Source: Auanema rhodensis (taxonomy: Eukaryota; Animalia; Nematoda). From it: DNA of 64,000 nt. The stretch lies in assembly GCA_964057225.1 (NCBI GenBank), contig OZ059898.1, positions 17,236,001-17,300,000 of the forward strand, written 5' to 3'. Below the pieces are notes generated by a model. The model searched no databases. It was not told where the DNA came from and worked only from the letters and a program-made list of their open reading frames with translations. The translations under genes and the position numbers were made by a program. The first letter of the stretch is position 1. Every line of letters begins with the position of its first letter. Below, one piece after another: positions 1 through 12,200 of this stretch.

Positions 1-10
1 GATATCAACT

Positions 11-32
11 GATATAAGTTCACACTTATATC
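11..32. repeat. Perfect 9-bp inverted repeat with 4-nt loop, repeated once per monomer
   Basis: GATATAAGT-tcac-ACTTATATC. The C32T variant shortens it by one pair in some copies. Confidence 0.95.
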
Positions 33-134
33 CTCGATTTTTACCCTGAAGATTTAAATTTTTCCTTGAATAACATTGTCCATCGTCTTTGCCTTGAAAA
101 AAGGAATCTAACAACATTTACTTTTTGCTAAATT

Positions 135-169
135 ATTTTGAAATTTTTCGAAAAAATTTTTGTCAAAAT
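135..169. repeat. A/T-tract palindrome centred on TTCGAA, repeated once per monomer
   Basis: TTTTTCGAAAAA (144-155) is a perfect 12-bp palindrome, flanked by ATTTTGA (135-141) and TCAAAAT (163-169). Confidence 0.85.
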
Positions 170-182
170 GTTTTTGGAAGCA

Positions 183-210
183 ATGTTGAGTGTACATGGA
201 AACTCAACAT
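183..210. repeat. Perfect 9-bp inverted repeat with 10-nt loop, repeated once per monomer
   Basis: ATGTTGAGT-gtacatggaa-ACTCAACAT. Confidence 0.95.
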
Positions 211-293
211 ACACTAATGCATCATTTTTCAAACGATCATAACTAATTTTTGTATTAAGCGTTCCTCAATGTAGTATAGTGCATTCGATGCGG

Positions 294-344
294 ATTTTTA
301 AGCTGCGTCGATCTGTGTTATCAGATTTGCGCTAGCTTAAAAAT
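294..344. repeat. 51-nt nested imperfect inverted repeat (long hairpin), repeated once per monomer
   Basis: ATTTTTAAGCT (294-304) pairs with AGCTTAAAAAT (334-344), GCG (305-307) with CGC (330-332), and ATCTG (311-315) with CAGAT (322-326), around a TGTTAT loop. Confidence 0.92.
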
Positions 345-3159
345 GCACCGAGACATCAACTGATATAAGTTCACACTTATATCCTCGATTTTCACCCTGA
401 AGAATTAATTTTTTCGTTGAATAACATTGTCCATCGTCTTTGCCTTGAAAAAAGGAATCTAAAAACATTTACTTTTTGCTAAATTATTCTGAAATGTTTC
501 GAAAAAATTTTTGTCAAAATGTTTTTGGAAGCAATGTTGAGTGTACATGGAAACTCAACATACACTAATGCACCATTTTTCAAACGATCATAACTAATTT
601 TTGTATTAAGCGTTTCTCAATGTAGTATAGTGCATTCGATGCGGATTTTTAAGCTGCGTCGATCTGTGTTATCAGATTTGCGCTAGCTTAAAAATGCACC
701 GAGATATCAACTGATATAAGTTCACACTTATATCCTCGATTTTCACCCTGAAGAATTAATTTTTTCGTTGAATAACATTGTCCATCGTCTTTGCCTTGAA
801 AAAAGGAATCTAAAAACATCTACTTTTTGCTGAATTATTTTGAAATTTTTCGAAAAAATTTTTGTCAAAATGTTTTTGGAAGCAATGTTGAGTGTACATG
901 GAAACTCAACATACACTAATGCACCATTTTTCAAACGATCATAACTAATTTTTGTATTAAGCGTTTCTTAATGTAGTATAGTGCATTCGATGCGGATTTT
1001 TAAGCTGCGTCGATCTGTGTTATCAGATTTGCGCTAGCTTAAAAATGCACCGAGATATCAACTGATATAAGTTCACACTTATATCCTCGATTTTCACCCT
1101 GAAGAAATAATTTTTTCGTTGAATAACATTGTCCATCGTCTTTGCCTTGAAAAAAGGAATCTAAAAACATCTACTTTTTGCTAAATTATTTTGAAATTTT
1201 TCGAAAAAATTTTTGTCAAAATGTTTTTGGAAGCAATGTTGAGTGTACATGGAAACTCAACATACACTAATGCATCATTTTTCAAACGATCATAACTAAT
1301 TTTTGTATTAAGCGTTTCTCAATGTAGTATAGTGCATTCGATGCGGATTTTTAAGCTGCGTCGATCTGTGTTATCAGATTTGCGCTAGCTTAAAAATGCA
1401 CCGAGATATCAACTGATATAAGTTCACACTTATATCCTCGATTTTTACCCTGAAGATTTAAATTTTTCCTTGAATAACATTGTCCATCGTCTTTGCCTTG
1501 AAAAAAGGAATCTAACAACATTTACTTTTTGCTAAATTATTTTGAAATTTTTCGAAAAAATTTTTGTCAAAATGTTTTTGGAAGCAATGTTGAGTGTACA
1601 TGGAAACTCAACATACACTAATGCATCATTTTTCAAACGATCATAACTAATTTTTGTATTAAGCGTTCCTCAATGTAGTATAGTGCATTCGATGCGGATT
1701 TTTAAGCTGCGTCGATCTGTGTTATCAGATTTGCGCTAGCTTAAAAATGCACCGAGACATCAACTGATATAAGTTCACACTTATATCCTCGATTTTCACC
1801 CTGAAGAATTAATTTTTTCGTTGAATAACATTGTCCATCGTCTTTGCCTTGAAAAAAGGAATCTAAAAACATTTACTTTTTGCTAAATTATTCTGAAATT
1901 TTTCGAAAAAATTTTTGTCAAAATGTTTTTGGAAGCAATGTTGAGTGTACATGGAAACTCAACATACACTAATGCACCATTTTTCAAACGATCATAACTA
2001 ATTTTTGTATTAAGCGTTTCTCAATGTAGTATAGTGCATTCGATGCGGATTTTTAAGCTGCGTCGATCTGTGTTATCAGATTTGCGCTAGCTTAAAAATG
2101 CACCGAGATATCAACTGATATAAGTTCACACTTATATCCTCGATTTTCACCCTGAAGAATTAATTTTTTCGTTGAATAACATTGTCCATCGTCTTTGCCT
2201 TGAAAAAAGGAATCTAAAAACATCTACTTTTTGCTGAATTATTTTGAAATTTTTCGAAAAAATTTTTGTCAAAATGTTTTTGGAAGCAATGTTGAGTGTA
2301 CATGGAAACTCAACATACACTAATGCATTATTTTTCAAACGATCATAACTAATTTTTGTATTAAGCGTTTCTCAATGTAGTATAGTGCATTCGATGCGGA
2401 TTTTTAAACTGCGTCGATCTGTGTTATCAGATTTGCGCTAGCTTAAAAATGCACCGAGATATGAACTGATATAAGTTCACACTTATATCCTCGATTTTCA
2501 CCCTGAAGAATTAATTTTTTCGTTGAATAACATTGTCCATCGTCTTTGCCTTGAAAAAAGGAATCTAAAAACATTTACTTTTTGCTAAATTATTCTGAAA
2601 TTTTTCGAAAAAATTTTTGTCAAAATGTTTTTGGAAGCAATGTTGAGTGTACATGGAAACTCAACATACACTAATGCACCATTTTTCAAACGATCATAAC
2701 TAATTTTTGTATTAAGCGTTTCTCAATGTAGTATAGTGCATTCGATGCGGATTTTTAAGCTGCGTCGATCTGTGTTATCAGATTTGCGCTAGCTTAAAAA
2801 TGCACCGAGATATCAACTGATATAAGTTCACACTTATATCCTCGATTTTCACCCTGAAGAATTAATTTTTTCGTTGAATAACATTGTCCATCGTCTTTGC
2901 CTTGAAAAAAGGAATCTAAAAACATCTACTTTTTGCTGAATTATTTTGAAATTTTTCGAAAAAATTTTTGTCAAAATGTTTTTGGAAGCAATGTTGAGTG
3001 TACATGGAAACTCAACATACACTAATGCATCATTTTTCAAACGATCATAACTAATTTTTGTATTAAGCGTTTCTCAATGTAGTATAGTGCATTCGATGCG
3101 GATTTTTAAGCTGCGTCGATCTGTGTTATCAGATTTGCGCTAGCTTAAAAATGCACCGA

Positions 3160-6100
3160 GACATCAACTGATATAAGTTCACACTTATATCCTCGATTTT
3201 CACCCTGAAGAAATAATTTTTTCGTTGAATAACATTGTCCATCGTCTTTGCCTTGAAAAAAGGAATCTAAAAACATCTACTTTTTGCTAAATTATTTTGA
3301 AATTTTTCGAAAAAAGTTTTGTCAAAATGTTTTTGGAAGCAATGTTGAGTGTACATGGAAACTCAACATACACTAATGCATCATTTTTCAAACGATCATA
3401 ACTAATTTTTGTATTAAGCGTTTCTCAATGTAGTATAGTGCATTCGATGCGGATTTTTAAGCTGCGTCGATCTGTGTTATCAGATTTGCGCTAGCTTAAA
3501 AATGCACCGAGACATCAACTGATATAAGTTCACACTTATATCCTCGATTTTCACCCTGAAGATTTAATTTTTTCGTTGAATAACATTGTCCATCGTCTTT
3601 GCCTTGAGAAAAGGAATCTAAAAACATCTACTTTTTGCTAAATTATTTTGAAATTTTTCGAAAAAATTTTTGTCAAAATGTTTTTGGAAGCAATGTTGAG
3701 TGTACATGGAAACTCAACATACACTAATGCACCATTTTTCAAACGATCATAACTAATTTTTGTATTAAGCGTTTCTTAATGTAGTATAGTGCATTCGATG
3801 CGGATTTTTAAGCTGCGTCGATCTGTGTTATCAGATTTGCGCTAGCTTAAAAATGCACCGAGATATCAACTGATATAAGTTCACACTTATATCCTCGATT
3901 TTCACCCTGAAGAAATAATTTTTTCGTTGAATAACATTGTCCATCGTCTTTGCCTTGAAAAAAGGAATCTAAAAACATCTACTTTTTGCTAAATTATTTT
4001 GAAATTTTTCGAAAAAATTTTTGTCAAAATGTTTTTGGAAGCAATGTTGAGTGTACATGGAAACTCAACATACACTAATGCATCATTTTTCAAACGATCA
4101 TAACTAATTTTTGTATTAAGCGTTTCTCAATGTAGTATAGTGCATTCGATGCGGATTTTTAAGCTGCGTCGATCTGTGTTATCAGATTTGCGCTAGCTTA
4201 AAAATGCACCGAGACATCAACTGATATAAGTTCACACTTATATCCTCGATTTTCACCCTGAAGAAATAATTTTTTCGTTGAATAACATTGTCCATCGTCT
4301 TTGCCTTGAAAAAAGGAATCTAAAAACATCTACTTTTTGCTAAATTATTTTGAAATTTTTCGAAAAAAGTTTTGTCAAAATGTTTTTGGAAGCAATGTTG
4401 AGTGTACATGGAAACTCAACATACACTAATGCATCATTTTTCAAACGATCATAACTAATTTTTGTATCAAGCGTTTCTCAATGTAGTATAGTGCATTCGA
4501 TGCGGATTTTTAAGCTGCGTCGATCTGTGTTATGAGATTTGCGCTAGCTTAAAAATGCACCGAGATATCAACTGATATAAGTTCACACTTATATCGTCGA
4601 TTTTCACCCTGAAGAAATAATTTTTTCGTTGAATAACATTGTCCATCGTCTTTGCCTTGAAAAAAGGAATCTAAAAACATCTACTTTTTGCTAAATTATT
4701 TTGAAATTTTTCGAAAAAATTTTTGTCAAAATGTTTTTGGAAGCAATGTTGAGTGTACATGGAAACTCAACATACACTAATGCATCATTTTTCAAACGAT
4801 CATAACTAATTTTTGTATTAAGCGTTTCTCAATGTAGTATAGTGCATTCGATGCGGATTTTTAAGCTGCGTCGATCTGTGTTATCAGATTTGCGCTAGCT
4901 TAAAAATGCACCGAGACATCAACTGATATAAGTTCACACTTATATCCTCGATTTTCACCCTGAAGAAATAATTTTTTCGTTGAATAACATTGTCCATCGT
5001 CTTTGCCTTGAAAAAAGGAATCTAAAAACATCTACTTTTTGCTAAATTATTTTGAAATTTTTCGAAAAAAGTTTTGTCAAAATGTTTTTGGAAGCAATGT
5101 TGAGTGTACATGGAAACTCAACATACACTAATGCATCATTTTTCAAACGATCATAACTAATTTTTGTATTAAGCGTTTCTCAATGTAGTATAGTGCATTC
5201 GATGCGGATTTTTAAGCTGCGTCGATCTGTGTTATCAGATTTGCGCTAGCTTAAAAATGCACCGAGACATCAACTGATATAAGTTCACACTTATATCCTC
5301 GATTTTCACCCTGAAGAAATAATTTTTTCGTTGAATAACATTGTCCATCGTCTTTGCCTTGAAAAAAGGAATCTAAAAACATCTACTTTTTGCTAAATTA
5401 TTTTGAAATTTTTCGAAAAAAGTTTTGTCAAAATGTTTTTGGAAGCAATGTTGAGTGTACATGGAAACTCAACATACACTAATGCATCATTTTTCAAACG
5501 ATCATAACTAATTTTTGTATTAAGCGTTTCTCAATGTAGTATAGTGCATTCGATGCGGATTTTTAAGCTGCGTCGATCTGTGTTATCAGATTTGCGCTAG
5601 CTTAAAAATGCACCGAGACATCAACTGATATAAGTTCACACTTATATCCTCGATTTTCACCCTGAAGATTTAATTTTTTCGTTGAATAACATTGTCCATC
5701 GTCTTTGCCTTGAGAAAAGGAATCTAAAAACATCTACTTTTTGCTAAATTATTTTGAAATTTTTCGAAAAAATTTTTGTCAAAATGTTTTTGGAAGCAAT
5801 GTTGAGTGTACATGGAAACTCAACATACACTAATGCACCATTTTTCAAACGATCATAACTAATTTTTGTATTAAGCGTTTCTTAATGTAGTATAGTGCAT
5901 TCGATGCGGATTTTTAAGCTGCGTCGATCTGTGTTATCAGATTTGCGCTAGCTTAAAAATGCACCGAGATATCAACTGATATAAGTTCACACTTATATCC
6001 TCGATTTTCACCCTGAAGAAATAATTTTTTCGTTGAATAACATTGTCCATCGTCTTTGCCTTGAAAAAAGGAATCTAAAAACATCTACTTTTTGCTAAAT

Positions 6101-9100
6101 TATTTTGAAATTTTTCGAAAAAAGTTTTGTCAAAATGTTTTTGGAAGCAATGTTGAGTGTACATGGAAACTCAACATACACTAATGCATCATTTTTCAAA
6201 CGATCATAACTAATTTTTGTATTAAGCGTTTCTCAATGTAGTATAGTGCATTCGATGCGGATTTTTAAGCTGCGTCGATCTGTGTTATCAGATTTGCGCT
6301 AGCTTAAAAATGCACCGAGACATCAACTGATATAAGTTCACACTTATATCCTCGATTTTCACCCTGAAGAAATAATTTTTTCGTTGAATAACATTGTCCA
6401 TCGTCTTTGCCTTGAAAAAAGGAATCTAAAAACATCTACTTTTTGCTAAATTATTTTGAAATTTTTCGAAAAAAGTTTTGTCAAAATGTTTTTGGAAGCA
6501 ATGTTGAGTGTACATGGAAACTCAACATACACTAATGCATCATTTTTCAAACGATCATAACTAATTTTTGTATTAAGCGTTTCTCAATGTAGTATAGTGC
6601 ATTCGATGCGGATTTTTAAGCTGCGTCGATCTGTGTTATCAGATTTGCGCTAGCTTAAAAATGCACCGAGACATCAACTGATATAAGTTCACACTTATAT
6701 CCTCGATTTTCACCCTGAAGATTTAATTTTTTCGTTGAATAACATTGTCCATCGTCTTTGCCTTGAGAAAAGGAATCTAAAAACATCTACTTTTTGCTAA
6801 ATTATTTTGAAATTTTTCGAAAAAATTTTTGTCAAAATGTTTTTGGAAGCAATGTTGAGTGTACATGGAAACTCAACATACACTAATGCACCATTTTTCA
6901 AACGATCATAACTAATTTTTGTATTAAGCGTTTCTTAATGTAGTATAGTGCATTCGATGCGGATTTTTAAGCTGCGTCGATCTGTGTTATCAGATTTGCG
7001 CTAGCTTAAAAATGCACCGAGATATCAACTGATATAAGTTCACACTTATATCCTCGATTTTCACCCTGAAGAAATAATTTTTTCGTTGAATAACATTGTC
7101 CATCGTCTTTGCCTTGAAAAAAGGAATCTAAAAACATCTACTTTTTGCTAAATTATTTTGAAATTTTTCGAAAAAATTTTTGTCAAAATGTTTTTGGAAG
7201 CAATGTTGAGTGTACATGGAAACTCAACATACACTAATGCATCATTTTTCAAACGATCATAACTAATTTTTGTATTAAGCGTTTCTCAATGTAGTATAGT
7301 GCATTCGATGCGGATTTTTAAGCTGCGTCGATCTGTGTTATCAGATTTGCGCTAGCTTAAAAATGCACCGAGACATCAACTGATATAAGTTCACACTTAT
7401 ATCCTCGATTTTCACCCTGAAGAAATAATTTTTTCGTTGAATAACATTGTCCATCGTCTTTGCCTTGAAAAAAGGAATCTAAAAACATCTACTTTTTGCT
7501 AAATTATTTTGAAATTTTTCGAAAAAAGTTTTGTCAAAATGTTTTTGGAAGCAATGTTGAGTGTACATGGAAACTCAACATACACTAATGCATCATTTTT
7601 CAAACGATCATAACTAATTTTTGTATCAAGCGTTTCTCAATGTAGTATAGTGCATTCGATGCGGATTTTTAAGCTGCGTCGATCTGTGTTATGAGATTTG
7701 CGCTAGCTTAAAAATGCACCGAGATATCAACTGATATAAGTTCACACTTATATCCTCGATTTTCACCCTGAAGAAATAATTTTTTCGTTGAATAACATTG
7801 TCCATCGTCTTTGCCTTGAAAAAAGGAATCTAAAAACATCTACTTTTTGCTAAATTATTTTGAAATTTTTCGAAAAAATTTTTGTCAAAATGTTTTTGGA
7901 AGCAATGTTGAGTGTACATGGAAACTCAACATACACTAATGCATCATTTTTCAAACGATCATAACTAATTTTTGTATTAAGCGTTTCTCAATGTAGTATA
8001 GTGCATTCGATGCGGATTTTTAAGCTGCGTCGATCTGTGTTATCAGATTTGCGCTAGCTTAAAAATGCACCGAGACATCAACTGATATAAGTTCACACTT
8101 ATATCCTCGATTTTCACCCTGAAGAAATAATTTTTTCGTTGAATAACATTGTCCATCGTCTTTGCCTTGAAAAAAGGAATCTAAAAACATCTACTTTTTG
8201 CTAAATTATTTTGAAATTTTTCGAAAAAAGTTTTGTCAAAATGTTTTTGGAAGCAATGTTGAGTGTACATGGAAACTCAACATACACTAATGCATCATTT
8301 TTCAAACGATCATAACTAATTTTTGTATTAAGCGTTTCTCAATGTAGTATAGTGCATTCGATGCAGATTTTTAAGCTGCGTCGATCTGTGTTATCAGATT
8401 TGCGCTAGCTTAAAAATGCACCGAGACATCAACTGATATAAGTTCACACTTATATCCTCGATTTTCACCCTGAAGAAATAATTTTTTCGTTGAATAACAT
8501 TGTCCATCGTCTTTGCCTTGAAAAAAGGAATCTAAAAACATCTACTTTTTGCTAAATTATTTTGAAATTTTTCGAAAAAAGTTTTGTCAAAATGTTTTTG
8601 GAAGCAATGTTGAGTGTACATGGAAACTCAACATACACTAATGCATCATTTTTCAAACGATCATAACTAATTTTTGTATTAAGCGTTTCTCAATGTAGTA
8701 TAGTGCATTCGATGCGGATTTTTAAGCTGCGTCGATCTGTGTTATCAGATTTGCGCTAGCTTAAAAATGCACCGAGACATCAACTGATATAAGTTCACAC
8801 TTATATCCTCGATTTTCACCCTGAAGATTTAATTTTTTCGTTGAATAACATTGTCCATCGTCTTTGCCTTGAGAAAAGGAATCTAAAAACATCTACTTTT
8901 TGCTAAATTATTTTGAAATTTTTCGAAAAAATTTTTGTCAAAATGTTTTTGGAAGCAATGTTGAGTGTACATGGAAACTCAACATACACTAATGCACCAT
9001 TTTTCAAACGATCATAACTAATTTTTGTATTAAGCGTTTCTTAATGTAGTATAGTGCATTCGATGCGGATTTTTAAGCTGCGTCGATCTGTGTTATCAGA

Positions 9101-9250
9101 TTTGCGCTAGCTTAAAAATGCACCGAGATATCAACTGATATAAGTTCACACTTATATCCTCGATTTTCACCCTGAAGAAATAATTTTTTCGTTGAATAAC
9201 ATTGTCCATCGTCTTTGCCTTGAAAAAAGGAATCTAAAAACATCTACTTT
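3160..9250. repeat. Higher-order duplication, 9-monomer period (3159 bp)
   Basis: Private SNP pair GTATCAAGC plus TTATGAGAT occurs only in M13 and M22. GAGAAAAGG monomers match as M11/M20 and M17/M26. The T157G pattern repeats in register. Confidence 0.85.
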
Positions 9251-12200
9251 TTGCTAAATTATTCTGAAATTTTTCGAAAAAATTTTTGTCAAAATGTTTT
9301 TGGAAGCAATGTTGAGTGTACATGGAAACTCAACATACACTAATGCACCATTTTTCAAACGATCATAACTAATTTTTGTATTAAGCGTTTCTCAATGTAG
9401 TATAGTGCATTCGATGCGGATTTTTAAGCTGCGTCGATCTGTGTTATCAGATTTGCGCTAGCTTAAAAATGCACCGAGATATCAACTGATATAAGTTCAC
9501 ACTTATATCCTCGATTTTCACCCTGAAGAATTAATTTTTTCGTTGAATAACATTGTCCATCGTCTTTGCCTTGAAAAAAGGAATCTAAAAACATCTACTT
9601 TTTGCTAAATTATTTTGAAATTTTTCGAAAAAATTTTTGTCAAAATGTTTTTGGAAGCAATGTTGAGTGTACATGGAAACTCAACATACACTAATGCACC
9701 ATTTTTCAAACGATCATAACTAATTTTTGTATTAAGCGTTTCTTAATGTAGTATAGTGCATTCGATGCGGATTTTTAAGCTGCGTCGATCTGTGTTATCA
9801 GATTTGCGCTAGCTTAAAAATGCACCGAGATATCAACTGATATAAGTTCACACTTATATCCTCGATTTTCACCCTGAAGAAATAATTTTTTCGTTGAATA
9901 ACATTGTCCATCGTCTTTGCCTTGAAAAAAGGAATCTAAAAACATCTACTTTTTGCTAAATTATTCTGAAATTTTTCGAAAAAATTTTTGTCAAAATGTT
10001 TTTGGAAGCAATGTTGAGTGTACATGGAAACTCAACATACACTAATGCACCATTTTTCAAACGATCATAACTAATTTTTGTATTAAGCGTTTCTCAATGT
10101 AGTATAGTGCATTCGATGCGGATTTTTAAGCTGCGTCGATCTGTGTTATCAGATTTGCGCTAGCTTAAAAATGCACCGAGATATCAACTGATATAAGTTC
10201 ACACTTATATCCTCGATTTTCACCCTGAAGAATTAATTTTTTCGTTGAATAACATTGTCCATCGTCTTTGCCTTGAAAAAAGGAATCTAAAAACATCTAC
10301 TTTTTGCTGAATTATTTTGAAATTTTTCGAAAAAATTTTTGTCAAAATGTTTTTGGAAGCAATGTTGAGTGTACATGGAAACTCAACATACACTAATGCA
10401 TTATTTTTCAAACGATCATAACTAATTTTTGAATTAAGCGTTTCTCAATGTAGTATAGTGCATTCGATGCGGATTTTTAAGCTGCGTCGATCTGTGTTAT
10501 CAGATTTGCGCTAGCTTAAAAATGCACCGAGACATCAACTGATATAAGTTCACACTTATATCCTCGATTTTCACCCTGAAGAAATAATTTTTTCGTTGAA
10601 TAACATTGTCCATCGTGTTTGCCTTGAAAAAAGGAATCTAAAAACATCTACTTTTTGCTAAATTATTTTGAAATTTTTCGAAAAAATTTTTGTCAAAATG
10701 TTTTTGGAAGCAATGTTGAGTGTACATGGAAACTCAACATACACTAATGCATCATTTTTCAAACGATCATAACTAATTTTTGTATTAAGCGTTTCTCAAT
10801 GTAGTATAGTGCATTCGATGCGGATTTTTAAGCTGCGTCGATCTGTGTTATCAGATTTGCGCTAGCTTAAAAATGCACCGAGACATCAACTGATATAAGT
10901 TCACACTTATATCCTCGATTTTCACCCTGAAGATTTAATTTTTTCGTTGAATAACATTGTCCATCGTCTTTGCCTTGAGAAAAGGAATCTAAAAACATCT
11001 ACTTTTTGCTAAATTATTTTGAAATTTTTCGAAAAAATTTTTGTCAAAATGTTTTTGGAAGCAATGTTGAGTGTACATGGAAACTCAACATACACTAATG
11101 CACCATTTTTCAAACGATCATAACTAATTTTTGTATTAAGCGTTTCTTAATGTAGTATAGTGCATTCGATGCGGATTTTTAAGCTGCGTCGATCTGTGTT
11201 ATCAGATTTGCGCTAGCTTAAAAATGCACCGAGATATCAACTGATATAAGTTCACACTTATATCCTCGATTTTCACCCTGAAGAAATAATTTTTTCGTTG
11301 AATAACATTGTCCATCGTCTTTGCCTTGAAAAAAGGAATCTAAAAACATCTACTTTTTGCTAAATTATTTTGAAATTTTTCGAAAAAATTTTTGTCAAAA
11401 TGTTTTTGGAAGCAATGTTGAGTGTACATGGAAACTCAACATACACTAATGCATCATTTTTCAAACGATCATAACTAATTTTTGTATTAAGCGTTTCTCA
11501 ATGTAGTATAGTGCATTCGATGCGGATTTTTAAGCTGCGTCGATCTGTATTATCAGATTTGCGCTAGCTTAAAAATGCACCGAGATATCAACTGATATAA
11601 GTTCACACTTATATCCTCGATTTTCACCCTGAAGATTTAAATTTTTCCTTGAATAACATTGTCCATCGTCTTTGCCTTGAAAAAAGGAATCTAAAAACAT
11701 TTACTTTTTGCTAAATTATTTTGAAATTTTTCGAAAAAATTTTTGTCAAAATGTTTTTGGAAGCAATGTTGAGTGTACATGGAAACTCAACATACACTAA
11801 TGCATCATTTTTCAAACGATCATAACTAATTTTTGTATTAAGCGTTTCTCAATGTAGTATAGTGCATTCGATGCGGATTTTTAAGCTGCGTCGATCTGTG
11901 TTATCAGATTTGCGCTAGCTTAAAAATGCACCGAGACATCAACTGATATAAGTTCACACTTATATCCTCGATTTTCACCCTGAAGAATTAATTTTTTCGT
12001 TGAATAACATTGTCCATCGTCTTTGCCTTGAAAAAAGGAATCTAAAAACATCTACTTTTTGCTGAATTATTTTGAAATTTTTCGAAAAAATTTTTGTCAA
12101 AATGTTTTTGGAAGCAATGTTGAGTGTACATGGAAACTCAACATACACTAATGCATTATTTTTCAAACGATCATAACTAATTTTTGAATTAAGCGTTTCT

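Larger units (their letters stand above)
1..2450. repeat. Higher-order duplication, 4-monomer period (1404 bp)
   Basis: M1 and M5 share rare variants (TTTACCC, ATTTAAAT, AACAACA, GTTCCTC). M2 matches M6. The A130G ORFs at 743 and 2147 are 1404 bp apart. Confidence 0.85.

Noticed and set aside
46-170. Hammerhead ribozyme, as found in some animal satellites: CTGAAGA (46-52) fits CUGANGA and GAAA occurs downstream
   Set aside because: Stem II is out of register for each GAAA I tried, and no stem I partner follows a candidate NUH. The minus strand has no CTGANGA. An Infernal search with Rfam hammerhead models on a dimer would settle it.
305-335. Helitron 3' end (hairpin followed by CTAG) or MITE origin of the monomer
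   Set aside because: The CTAG lies inside the larger hairpin. No terminus, target site, TIR pair or TSD can be defined in a continuous array. A TE origin cannot be excluded without a database search.
294-344. Selection on RNA structure, suggested by wobble-preserving variants (C336T, C32T, A206G)
   Set aside because: Any transition gives a wobble on one strand or the other. No compensatory double changes were seen, and stem-breaking variants (T298G, A300C, A294C) have spread.
1-351. 5S rDNA, tRNA, snRNA or spliced-leader tandem gene unit
   Set aside because: I found no recognisable 5S, tRNA A/B-box or SL/snRNA sequence on either strand, and GC is low. An Rfam scan would be needed for full exclusion.
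1-351. Internal dimer (2x175) or trimer (3x117) substructure
   Set aside because: No convincing similarity between halves or thirds by eye, only short shared words such as AATGCA.
1-351. Assignment to a named satellite of similar length (Drosophila 359-bp, tenebrionid 340-360-bp families)
   Set aside because: The resemblance is in length and AT content only; I do not recognise the sequence.
413-428. CENP-B-box-like TTCGTTGAA
   Set aside because: It matches TTCG....A but lacks the essential CGGG half (reads ACAT).
743-934. Eleven 63-aa minus-strand ORFs
   Set aside because: They begin at TTG and exist only where A130G turns a minus-strand TAG into CAG. The other ~171 monomers have the stop. 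There is no recognisable domain, and the K/F/I/N-rich composition just reflects A/T tracts.
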